Origin: an uncultured bacterium
Lineage (GTDB): Bacteria; Patescibacteriota; Dojkabacteria; SC72
Direction: 5' to 3'
DNA: 61,182 bases
Assembly (NCBI GenBank): GCA_903840015.1
Contig: CAIMEL010000008.1
Location: 1 to 61,182 of the forward strand
Made by a program: the position numbers and the translations under genes. Under the pieces are notes generated by a model that saw only the letters and a program-made list of their open reading frames with translations, was not told the origin of the DNA and ran no database searches. Shown here one piece after another: positions 48,128 through 57,239 of this stretch (positions are counted from its first letter, which is position 1; every line of letters begins with the position of its first letter).

Positions 48128-48574
48128 CTAATACCCCTGCCTTTCCATAACATCTTTTTGATACCTCTCGTGCAAAGTTGTTCCCAAGATATCAATATAT
48201 CTCGATTGGTATGCAAGCTTAACAGGCACGCCACCTAAAACTACATCTCTCCTTAAACCAGAGAGATTATTCGGATCCTGCACACTCTTCTCAACAATAT
48301 CTACCCCCTCTCGGATAATGACTTCCAATACATCTTGATTTTCCAATGGTATTCCGTTAAGAATTGATCTTGCACTATTCTTCTCCGCATATGTCAACTG
48401 GAAAAGATGGACCACATTACTACCCTCGCCAGAGGAGAAGCCAACACACCTATCAACATGAGGCGTTGCAGACTCAAAGTAATAGACATAGGGCTGGCCA
48501 TCAACCTCAACATTACCTGAACTCAGGTAATCTCCGGATTCTACATCTTTTTTTTCTAAATCATCTCTATCCAT
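48128..48574 (-). CDS. Hypothetical protein
   Basis: 148-aa ORF tightly packed between co-oriented genes. Confidence 0.65.
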   Translation of the reverse strand: MDRDDLEKKDVESGDYLSSGNVEVDGQPYVYYFESATPHVDRCVGFSSGEGSNVVHLFQLTYAEKNSARSILNGIPLENQDVLEVIIREGVDIVEKSVQDPNNLSGLRRDVVLGGVPVKLAYQSRYIDILGTTLHERYQKDVMERQGY

Positions 48575-48585
48575 GTATATATTTG

Positions 48586-49512
48586 TTAAACTGTAGGGAA
48601 CTCCGGCGGAGTTGGTTCCTGAGCCGTCGGGACCTCATCAACAACTGGTTGTTGAACCTGTACCGGTACAGTCTCCGTCACAATCGGGGACTGACCCAGA
48701 TCTGTCCCACTCGGCGATGGAGTCTCAGTTTGAATAGCTGGCATCGTATCCGTTACGATCGGGGACTGACCCACATCTGGTCCACTAGGCAAAGGACTCT
48801 CGGTTCGAATAGCTGCTGGTTGTTCGGAAACTTTTTTACGTTTAACCATGAAGAAGTAGAGAATAGCACCAAGTGTATTAAGCAAGAGAAGAATAACAAT
48901 CCACATACTCTTCTTCTCAAAATCTCTCTTCAAACAATCAATGAACATCCATATCCAAAAAGCTGTGAACAGTAAACATATTGGGATGATGATCAAAGCC
49001 ATATTACCCAAAAGTCCAAGAACAAAATCACCTCCCAGTTTCTGGTAGAAATCAGTATCAGATATTAACCATGTACTCCCTGTCTTCTCTAAGACAAAAT
49101 ATGTAGACAAACCAGCAACATTCCAGCCATCACCCTCTGCAGAAAATTTCGCTTTAACTTTGACCTTCCCATCACCAACTATATCAACATTATCTACAAG
49201 ATTCCCATAATCTAAAACATACGATATTCCAGTACCAACTTTCTCCTCGATCATACCCATCCTACTTTCATCTTGAGACACCATCAATGACCCTATCTCT
49301 GCCATATTACCAACCTTAATAGCTGATACCAACCTGTCTAAAGTATTACTAATACCATTCTTCTCCTCCGTACTTAATACTCCCTGTCCCAGTACAGGCA
49401 TCGCAAACAGAAACAAAAAGAACAAAGACAATGCAACCAGGATTTTATTCCTCATCTGTAAAAAAGATAAGATTATTACAATCAGTTTAACAAAGCATTC
49501 AAAGGAAAACAA
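48586..49512 (-). CDS. Exported domain plus PLDc_N-type TM hairpin and Pro/Thr-rich tail
   Basis: Signal peptide; WIWMFIDC...W...LLLNTLGAILYFF. Confidence 0.75.
   Translation of the reverse strand: MFSFECFVKLIVIILSFLQMRNKILVALSLFFLFLFAMPVLGQGVLSTEEKNGISNTLDRLVSAIKVGNMAEIGSLMVSQDESRMGMIEEKVGTGISYVLDYGNLVDNVDIVGDGKVKVKAKFSAEGDGWNVAGLSTYFVLEKTGSTWLISDTDFYQKLGGDFVLGLLGNMALIIIPICLLFTAFWIWMFIDCLKRDFEKKSMWIVILLLLNTLGAILYFFMVKRKKVSEQPAAIRTESPLPSGPDVGQSPIVTDTMPAIQTETPSPSGTDLGQSPIVTETVPVQVQQPVVDEVPTAQEPTPPEFPTV
48670..48819 (-). repeat. 75-bp in-frame tandem duplication
   Basis: PAAIRTESPLPSGPDVGQSPIVTDT / MPAIQTETPSPSGTDLGQSPIVTET; ATCGGGGACTGACCCA occurs in both copies. Confidence 0.9.
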
Positions 49513-49575
49513 TTACTATTCTCTTTTCTATCAAAATCTTCTAATATATTAATAATAAATTCTTCTGAAATCTCT

Positions 49576-51351
49576 ATGTCCTCAAATATGAAAAATATGA
49601 TATTGGGTGGATTGATAATTTTAAGTTCAACCGCCCTACTAGCCCTCTTAGTCTCCTTCAGCATATACCTCTACTCCAAATCAAAACAAACAAATATGGC
49701 AGATGTCGTTCCTAACTCTGCATATATTTCGGAGGATATTGGGTTGTTAGACGACAATCCAAGTGCACCAGAAGAGATAACGAAAGAATCTGTTACACCC
49801 GAACCTAAGAAGGGAATCATACAAAAAGATGAAACTCGTAAGATTGTAAATGTTGGGAAAACATTAACAGAGAGTGAAATTCAAGAGATAGAAGAAAAAT
49901 ACGCCGTGGAGTTCTCATCTGATACTCCAAAGAAAGGCATCTATGTTGTTACCACATCTTCAGAGAGCAAAACAGAAACTCTTCAGGAAGATTTAAACGC
50001 AACTGTTGAAGTAGACATACCTGTTAGAATGTCTGCACAAACTCTCGATTGGGGAGTAACAAGGATAGGAGCAGACAAAGTTTGGAGTAAAAGCACAGGA
50101 ACGGGGGTAAAGGTGGCAGTAATAGATACAGGAGTAGAGAGAACACACTCGGACCTAAGCTCAAATATTGTAGCAGGGTATGATTATGTAAATAATGATA
50201 CAGATCCAACAGATGATAACGGACATGGTACCCACGTTGCAGGAATTATCGCTAGTGTTAACAATACAGTAGGGAATGTTGGTGTGGCTAACAAGACTCA
50301 AATTATGCCAGTTAAAGTACTAAATAATCAGGGATATGGCTACCTTTCAGATGTTGCAAAAGGAGTTTACTTTGCAACAGACAATGGAGCTCGAATCATA
50401 AATATGAGCCTTGGCTCAACCTCAGATTCTTTGACACTAAAGAATGCAATAACCTACGCAACACAAAAAGGTGTTCTAGTTATAGCAGCCGCAGGTAATA
50501 GCAGTGGACAACCATGCGAATACCCTGCAGCATATACCTCGGTTGTGTGTGTTGTAGCAACAGACACATCGAACAAGTTAGCTAGTTTCAGTAACATGGG
50601 AGGAGAGCTAGCAGCACCTGGGGTCTCCAACTATTCATCTTACATTGGTAATACATACAGATATATGAGTGGAACAAGTATGGCAACACCCCACGTCGCA
50701 GGTGCAGCAGCAGTAATCCTTTCTATGTGTAATAGCTGCTCAACAACCGATGTTCGCAACCTTCTAAGAAGTACAGCAGTTGACCTTGGAGTCGTTGGAA
50801 GAGATTCAGTTTTTGGGTATGGGCTTGTAGATCTCGTAAGTGCTTCAGCTACATTTGAACAAGCTCCAGCACCTGAAGAAACTGTAACTCCAACACCAGA
50901 GGAACCTACAACACCCGTAGTAACACCTCCAGCTACAGTCAAACCACAAAAGAGATATCCAAAGCAAAAAATCTCAATAGTAGAACCTAAAGAAACTTCG
51001 ATGAAGAGATACATTCCGACTGTCCAAGAGGATATCACAATCAAATTTACATTAGATCCATTAAGTGAAGAAAGCAATTTCAAGGAAAGTATTCTTACTG
51101 TAAACAATATAGAGCTGTATGCAACTGAATTACAGAATGATGAATATATTGTAAAGAAGGAGTTACTAGATAGTTCCCAGCATTGGGTAAAAGTAACTTC
51201 ATATTTCGAAGATGGTACAACTTCATCTGACAGTATGATTATAGATTTAACTTCTTTTAGAAGGAAATCTCTAAGACAGAGTGATAGAAGTGTATTAGGA
51301 ATAGCAACATCAGCTATATTTGATTTTACATATTTTCTTTTTGGGAGATAG
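49576..51351 (+). CDS. Membrane-anchored S8 subtilisin-like serine protease
   Basis: TM, propeptide-like region, VAVIDTG / HGTHVAG / GTSMATPHVAG triad, PT linker, C-terminal beta domain. Confidence 0.95.
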   Translation: MSSNMKNMILGGLIILSSTALLALLVSFSIYLYSKSKQTNMADVVPNSAYISEDIGLLDDNPSAPEEITKESVTPEPKKGIIQKDETRKIVNVGKTLTESEIQEIEEKYAVEFSSDTPKKGIYVVTTSSESKTETLQEDLNATVEVDIPVRMSAQTLDWGVTRIGADKVWSKSTGTGVKVAVIDTGVERTHSDLSSNIVAGYDYVNNDTDPTDDNGHGTHVAGIIASVNNTVGNVGVANKTQIMPVKVLNNQGYGYLSDVAKGVYFATDNGARIINMSLGSTSDSLTLKNAITYATQKGVLVIAAAGNSSGQPCEYPAAYTSVVCVVATDTSNKLASFSNMGGELAAPGVSNYSSYIGNTYRYMSGTSMATPHVAGAAAVILSMCNSCSTTDVRNLLRSTAVDLGVVGRDSVFGYGLVDLVSASATFEQAPAPEETVTPTPEEPTTPVVTPPATVKPQKRYPKQKISIVEPKETSMKRYIPTVQEDITIKFTLDPLSEESNFKESILTVNNIELYATELQNDEYIVKKELLDSSQHWVKVTSYFEDGTTSSDSMIIDLTSFRRKSLRQSDRSVLGIATSAIFDFTYFLFGR

Positions 51352-51357
51352 AATAAA

Positions 51358-53583
51358 ATGGTATCGAATTTTTCAAGAGCTATAACAACCAGATTGGGAA
51401 GGATTTTTCTCCGAATTTTAGTTACTATCACAACCTTCTTTGTCATTCTATTACCTAGCCACAATGAACCCGTTTATGCAGCTGCCAGGCAAAATTATTA
51501 TGCGGAGTCAACCACACAAAGTACTTGGAATACAGATACAACATATCAAGATAAAACAACTTTGACTTTCACACCAGATGCCAACTCAACCTATGTAATA
51601 ATAGCTTCTTGGTTGGTACTATGTAACAATGTGACCTATGCTGTCTACTCAAAACTTACTCGCACAACAGGAACTGCTAAGGACTTCAATGAATTAATAT
51701 ACTTTCCCAAAGATACAACAGACTATATAGCTGGAGGAGCAGTCGCTTTTGATTCATTTGGGAGCAGTCCAACTTCTCAAACCTACAAAATACAATATCG
51801 ACCATCCAATACAGCAGCAACAGCTTCAATTAAAGAAGCCAAGATTATTGCCATCAAACTAAATGAAGAGGATAAATATGCTGAAGTAGATGCAAGAACC
51901 ACAACACAACAAACAGCCTACCAAGATAAAGTCACTCTAAATTTCACCCCAACTTATCAGGGCGATTATATAATTCTCGCTTACGCAACCGGTGATGGAG
52001 CTATAAACTCATATGACTTCCGCATACAGATGAATATTGATGGGACTGCCTATTCTAATTACAATATTGAACCTGTGAATGCTGCTAACAGATATTTATT
52101 TGGTACTGTAAAAAAAGTGAATTTTGACGCTACATCTCATACGATAAAGATACAGTACAGTACAGAGAGTAATAACTCGGCTAGGGTCGCAGGCATTGCA
52201 AATGCCAGAATTCTTGCTTTGAGAGCAGACTATTTCAATAATTCGTATTTTGCAGAATCAGAAGCTTTAAGTACAACCACATCTACAACTTACTCATCCA
52301 AAACAACTTTGACAGAAACACCTTTAGCTGTAGATCATCTCATAATAGGAGCTTCTGGAATCGCTGGTAATAGTGCCTCCTATTCCACCTATACTCAATT
52401 ACTCAAAAATACAACTTCTTATGGAGAAATGCTTATAGAAACAAAGGATACATTAAATTATGGATATCCCTACTTTGTTATAAAAAAAGAAACACTAGCA
52501 AATACTTCAACTTCGTGGTATTTACAATACAAATCGGAAAATGCAGCTGCAACAGCTTGGATCCGAGATTCAAGAATTGCAGTAATTGAGTTAGAAGAAC
52601 CTTCCTTCGTAATCACAGCGAATACAGCTGGTACACAAATTACAAATTTACACCAAGGAGAATCCAACGCACATATTGGTGGGGCATTTACATTTACAAG
52701 AAATCTTACTTCGACTTCTGTAACAAGTATAACCATAAGTGAAACAGGGACTATTTCTGATTCAAACATTTCAGGCTTAATAATATATTACAAACAAGAA
52801 GCAACTTGCTCCACCACAATTCCAGGAGATGCAACTCAATTTAATAGTACCCCAGGATCTTTCTCTTCGGGAAGCTCCACAGTAACAGGCAGTATGACCG
52901 TTGGTACATCACAGATATGTGTATACATAGAAGTAGATATTGGATCAGGGGCTGGAGTTGGAGATACAGTGGAAATACAAATTACAAATCCCTCTACCCA
53001 AGTAACAGCATCCAGTGGTACTGTGTCTCCTGCAACTGCTGTAGCCATAAGTGGGACAACAACAATAATTTCGGCAGGAGCGCTTGCCGTAGATATAGTA
53101 GATGGTAGTGACCAAACAGTTAGTAGCCCATCGGTAAGTTTTAGTAACACTTTTTTTAGTTGGGTTGGAGCACAGACAACAGGCACACTTGGAACAAGTA
53201 CACAGAAAATAAAAGTAACAAACACAACCACAACACACACATGGACTCTTTCCATTGCAGCTACAAGTGGAGAATCCGCTCTCTGGCAAGATTCACCAAA
53301 TTCATATGACTACAATGGTACTCAATCCGCTGGCAGACTAAGAGTAAATCCATCTTCCGTAACTATAACCCCAGGAGGAGCATGTAGTAATACAGGTATC
53401 TCTGGTCAATCAGCACAGTATTTTGTTAGCGGTTCTGTATCTTCCATAAACCTAGTCATAGCATCTGCAAGTGCAGAGCACAATTGCTATTGGTACATAA
53501 CTGCCGTGGGACTGACCCAGGACATACCTGCAGAACAACCAACAGGAACATACAGCTTAGGAATGACTATTACTGTAATTTAA
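51358..53583 (+). CDS. Large secreted adhesin-like protein: three ~125-aa repeats, Ig-like domain, C-terminal WxL-like domain
   Basis: Signal peptide; three YAE-initiated repeats; C-terminal ~170 aa homologous to 55945..56592. Confidence 0.8.
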   Translation: MVSNFSRAITTRLGRIFLRILVTITTFFVILLPSHNEPVYAAARQNYYAESTTQSTWNTDTTYQDKTTLTFTPDANSTYVIIASWLVLCNNVTYAVYSKLTRTTGTAKDFNELIYFPKDTTDYIAGGAVAFDSFGSSPTSQTYKIQYRPSNTAATASIKEAKIIAIKLNEEDKYAEVDARTTTQQTAYQDKVTLNFTPTYQGDYIILAYATGDGAINSYDFRIQMNIDGTAYSNYNIEPVNAANRYLFGTVKKVNFDATSHTIKIQYSTESNNSARVAGIANARILALRADYFNNSYFAESEALSTTTSTTYSSKTTLTETPLAVDHLIIGASGIAGNSASYSTYTQLLKNTTSYGEMLIETKDTLNYGYPYFVIKKETLANTSTSWYLQYKSENAAATAWIRDSRIAVIELEEPSFVITANTAGTQITNLHQGESNAHIGGAFTFTRNLTSTSVTSITISETGTISDSNISGLIIYYKQEATCSTTIPGDATQFNSTPGSFSSGSSTVTGSMTVGTSQICVYIEVDIGSGAGVGDTVEIQITNPSTQVTASSGTVSPATAVAISGTTTIISAGALAVDIVDGSDQTVSSPSVSFSNTFFSWVGAQTTGTLGTSTQKIKVTNTTTTHTWTLSIAATSGESALWQDSPNSYDYNGTQSAGRLRVNPSSVTITPGGACSNTGISGQSAQYFVSGSVSSINLVIASASAEHNCYWYITAVGLTQDIPAEQPTGTYSLGMTITVI

Positions 53584-53589
53584 TCTATA

Positions 53590-54888
53590 ATGAAACCTAT
53601 GAAATTATTTAAGCCATTTGGAATACTTCTCACACTACTTTTCTTCTTTTTTTTAGCAACTCCCTCCCTTGCCATAGAGTATTTCTTCCTAGGTGGGAGA
53701 CCAGCAAATCCTGATTCCAAAATTCCCAATAGCTCTGCATGGTTCATCTATTCCCTGAACCCCGGAGAACAGAAAGAAGATGCCTTAGAAGCTATAAACA
53801 ATTACGAACAACCAACAGAACTACTAATTTATGCAGCTGATGGGATTAAAAGTTCAAGTGGAGGTTTTGCCTTAAAACAGTATGTAGAACCAAGGACAGA
53901 TGTAGGTTCATGGGTACGATTCTATCCATATGATGTTCCCAAACCATTTGAGAAACTATTTAAAGCAAATGGAAACAGTATACTTAGATTCTGTGAACAA
54001 GAATTAGACAATAGTTGGGATAGCGATGAAAAAAAAGCTTTTCAAGAATGGTGCGAAGGAGAAGAAACAGTCCAAATCAAAATTAGTGCTAAATCAAAAA
54101 GAAATGTAGATTTTGTATTCTCAGTACCAGATAATGCAAGTGTCGGTGAACATACTGGAGGAATACTCATACAGAAAGTAGAGAAAGATGAAAGCCCCGA
54201 CAAACAGGGTATTTCTCTTACCACAAGAGTTGGAATCAGAATATATCAAACTGTTCCTGGAGATATACAGAAAAAACTGGCTATTAGTAACTTCTCCCTT
54301 AAGAAACTTTACGAAGAATTAGATTTTTCCAAACTATTCAAAAAAGATACAAAGCCTGAAGAATTCCTCATAACTACAGAGCTTCGAAACGAAGGGAATG
54401 TAAGTATTGATTTTATGGAAACCATTATCATAAATGACGATCTATTTAACAAGTCAGAAGAGAGAGTATCAGATAGAAAGTTTCAGATTCTAAGAGATGA
54501 TAATTTTACCTCAAACTATTCATGGTACAGCCCAAGGTTTGGGAAATTCAGCATATCAAACAACATCTCATACACTGATGAAAATAACCAACCAAAATTA
54601 CTTAGCAGCAACAAAATTACTGTATGGATAATTCCTTGGAGAGAGATGATTGTCGCGGGAGGAATCCTTCTCTTAATACTAATACCTTCAATACTTCTTA
54701 GAGCTGCTCAGAAGAAAAAATATGGGGGAATTGGATGGAAAGAGTATACAATTCAAGTTGGTGACACATTAGATAGCATAACTTCCAAGTTTGATGTAAA
54801 TTGGAAACTCTTCGTAAAAACAAACAAGATAGAACCTCCATATACTCTTACACCTGGTAAAAAGGTTCTTGTTCCACCATTAAAGTAA
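53590..54888 (+). CDS. DUF916-type (WxL-interacting) protein with TM anchor and C-terminal LysM
   Basis: WFIYSLNPGE..ED...N, YAADG..SSSGGFAL, VGSWV, VP.NA..GEH.GGI, RVGIRIY; TM; YTIQVGDTL..I...F.V....N.I...L.PG..V.VP. Confidence 0.82.
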   Translation: MKPMKLFKPFGILLTLLFFFFLATPSLAIEYFFLGGRPANPDSKIPNSSAWFIYSLNPGEQKEDALEAINNYEQPTELLIYAADGIKSSSGGFALKQYVEPRTDVGSWVRFYPYDVPKPFEKLFKANGNSILRFCEQELDNSWDSDEKKAFQEWCEGEETVQIKISAKSKRNVDFVFSVPDNASVGEHTGGILIQKVEKDESPDKQGISLTTRVGIRIYQTVPGDIQKKLAISNFSLKKLYEELDFSKLFKKDTKPEEFLITTELRNEGNVSIDFMETIIINDDLFNKSEERVSDRKFQILRDDNFTSNYSWYSPRFGKFSISNNISYTDENNQPKLLSSNKITVWIIPWREMIVAGGILLLILIPSILLRAAQKKKYGGIGWKEYTIQVGDTLDSITSKFDVNWKLFVKTNKIEPPYTLTPGKKVLVPPLK

Positions 54889-54951
54889 GATTTTCACTAC
54901 AACCGAAATTTGATATCATCAAATATATCTTAATAACAAATATTAGGGGAT

Positions 54952-55866
54952 ATGAATCGTTTTGCTAAAATATTTTTCCTTGCCCTACTACTCTGTTGTA
55001 TCCCAACAAACCATGCATTTGCAAAAGAAAAAGAATATATACCATCGACCCATATAATTGAGGAGATTACACAGAAGAAAAGTACTAACAAAGTACCGTT
55101 TGAGATAAATCTCTGTCCACAGAAGAGAATAAAAACACAGACGATTGATTTAGAAACAATACTAGATACAAAACCATATATCACAAAAACAAACATATAT
55201 CATTTACTAAGAAACCAAGTTCAATCTTACTCGATAAAACAGGAAGTCCCCAATACAAGCAAATCTCTCACATACTACTTAAGCAAATCATCTGAAAAAT
55301 TAGAAATCAAATATAAGGGTATACTTCAATCCTTCAAGGAATCACATAGAGAAAAAATTTCCGTAACAAAATACTCCAGAGATATCGCTAACAAACTACA
55401 AGAGGAAACTTCAATACCGAAAAAAGAGTTTAGATGGGAGAAGATTGCATCAACAGTCCATATTCAAGCTTCTGCCCCTACGGTTCCAGAGATTAGAACT
55501 GAAACAAAAGTTTCAAAGGAAGGAAAATCCTCCAATAACCAAACTAATGTAGAATTTAAATTAACAATTCTCCCTGTTAGATTTGTGTATATTGAAGATG
55601 GAGAGATTGTAAAGATTTGGAATAACACGAAAAAAAATGATAGTAGATATGCCTTGAAATTCTTCGACTATCAAACAGAAGAAGAGATCAATCCTACCAA
55701 TACAATGTATGCAACATACAATCAATTGATCACTCAGCTTAATGTATTCTCCCAAGGAATCATATTTGAAAAAGGACAAACTGTCACAACGGATGAAAAG
55801 ATTACCTGGGATATACAGATGAGCTATACATCAAAAGGCTCGGAGGAGGTACATACATATATCTAA
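54952..55866 (+). CDS. Secreted hypothetical protein within the surface cluster
   Basis: Signal peptide ending AFA; C-terminal ILPVRFVYIEDG...WNNT domain. Confidence 0.7.
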   Translation: MNRFAKIFFLALLLCCIPTNHAFAKEKEYIPSTHIIEEITQKKSTNKVPFEINLCPQKRIKTQTIDLETILDTKPYITKTNIYHLLRNQVQSYSIKQEVPNTSKSLTYYLSKSSEKLEIKYKGILQSFKESHREKISVTKYSRDIANKLQEETSIPKKEFRWEKIASTVHIQASAPTVPEIRTETKVSKEGKSSNNQTNVEFKLTILPVRFVYIEDGEIVKIWNNTKKNDSRYALKFFDYQTEEEINPTNTMYATYNQLITQLNVFSQGIIFEKGQTVTTDEKITWDIQMSYTSKGSEEVHTYI

Positions 55867-55873
55867 AAAACTG

Positions 55874-55902
55874 TTGACACAGTAAAAAGAATAAGATACT
55901 AT
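55874..55902 (+). promoter_or_regulatory. Sigma70-type promoter for the small WxL-like subunit
   Basis: TTGACA (55874-79), 17-nt spacer, TACTAT (55897-902); ACTGT/ACAGT inverted repeat overlaps the -35. Confidence 0.65.
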
Positions 55903-55944
55903 TTTCTAAGATCAAGATTTGTTCGTAATTATAGAGAAAGAAGA

Positions 55945-56592
55945 ATGAAATATACTGCCATTAGTAGATTAAAAGGAATAGCAAAAAGTTTCCTGTTAGT
56001 ACCCCTTTTCATAGCATTGGTGTTTGCACAGATTGTACTTGCAGATACAACCGAGACAACCTTTAATCAAACCATCAATGCAGGGACACTAAGTGTTGAT
56101 ATTGTAGATGGCTCTGGGGATACTGTAGCTAGCCCTTCTGTATCATTTGCAGGCACAACCTTTTCGTTTGACCCTCAAACAGCAACAGGTACCTTGGAAA
56201 CCGCATCAGAGAAAATCAGACTAAGTAACCCTACAGCTACAGCGGCTTGGAATATCTCCATAGCAGCAACTGGAGGACAAAGTGCTGTTTGGGACACTGG
56301 GACATACACATATCCTTACAACAATGCAACAGCAGATAACGGTAGGCTAACCATAGATCCTAGTGTAGCCACTGTAACACCTGTGGGAAGTTGTACTAGT
56401 ACCGGAGTAACCAAAGGAAGTTCTTCATATTTTAATGGTGCAACTACAACAAGTATCGATTTACTGACCGCGAGTGGTAGTGCTGATTTGGGGTGTAGAT
56501 GGGATTTGACTGGAGTTTCTCTTTCTCAAAGGATTCCTGCCTCACAAGTCGCAGGTAGCTACTCCTTAGCAATGACAATTACTGCACTCTAA
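55945..56592 (+). CDS. Small secreted WxL-like beta protein (candidate major pilin)
   Basis: Signal peptide ending VLA; WNISIAAT, CRWDL, terminal SQRIPASQVAGSYSLAMTIT; Cys pair shared with the adhesin domain. Confidence 0.75.
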   Translation: MKYTAISRLKGIAKSFLLVPLFIALVFAQIVLADTTETTFNQTINAGTLSVDIVDGSGDTVASPSVSFAGTTFSFDPQTATGTLETASEKIRLSNPTATAAWNISIAATGGQSAVWDTGTYTYPYNNATADNGRLTIDPSVATVTPVGSCTSTGVTKGSSSYFNGATTTSIDLLTASGSADLGCRWDLTGVSLSQRIPASQVAGSYSLAMTITAL

Positions 56593-56618
56593 AGACTCTT
56601 TCCTGTATAATCTAATTA

Positions 56619-57233
56619 ATGAAAACAGATTTTAACTCCTTAAAAGAGTTGCATGAGTATTACGCTGTGCATAACAGCTGTCCCCTAAAGAAATCAGCAA
56701 CACAACCGGTATATGAGATAACTCCACCCTCTTCTGGTATTTTCTTCATTGGAGAAGCGCCAGGTCGAAATGAAGATTTGCAAGGCAGACCTTTTGTTGG
56801 AGCTGCAGGGAAATTCCTAAATGAACTTCTTGGGAATATTGGGTTAACTAGAGAAGATGTATATGTTTCGAATGTTGTTAAATATCGTCCACCAGAAAAC
56901 AGGGATCCAAGTGATGAAGAGAAAGATTCCTGTCGAGTATGGCTCAATTCCGAGTTACTATTTATCAAACCAAAAGTAATTGTTACTCTTGGAAGACATG
57001 CTCTAGGCAGATTCATACCTGATGTAAATATCTCCACTTCACACGGAGAGATTTTCTACCATAAAACTGGATTACCTGTATTTGCTATGTATCACCCAGC
57101 CGCAGCCCTTTACAATCCTGGATTAAGAGACGATCTTAAAAAGGATATTCTAAAACTCCAAGCATTTTTAGAAAGTAAACCAAAACAAAATGTTACTAAA
57201 ACAAATGAGATCGATAAGTTACTAGAACTCTAA
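56619..57233 (+). CDS. Uracil-DNA glycosylase family 4
   Basis: GEAPG..ED.QGRPFVG.AG, NVVKYRPP.NR.P, TLGR.A, YHPAA. Confidence 0.92.
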   Translation: MKTDFNSLKELHEYYAVHNSCPLKKSATQPVYEITPPSSGIFFIGEAPGRNEDLQGRPFVGAAGKFLNELLGNIGLTREDVYVSNVVKYRPPENRDPSDEEKDSCRVWLNSELLFIKPKVIVTLGRHALGRFIPDVNISTSHGEIFYHKTGLPVFAMYHPAAALYNPGLRDDLKKDILKLQAFLESKPKQNVTKTNEIDKLLEL

Positions 57234-57239
57234 TAAATT

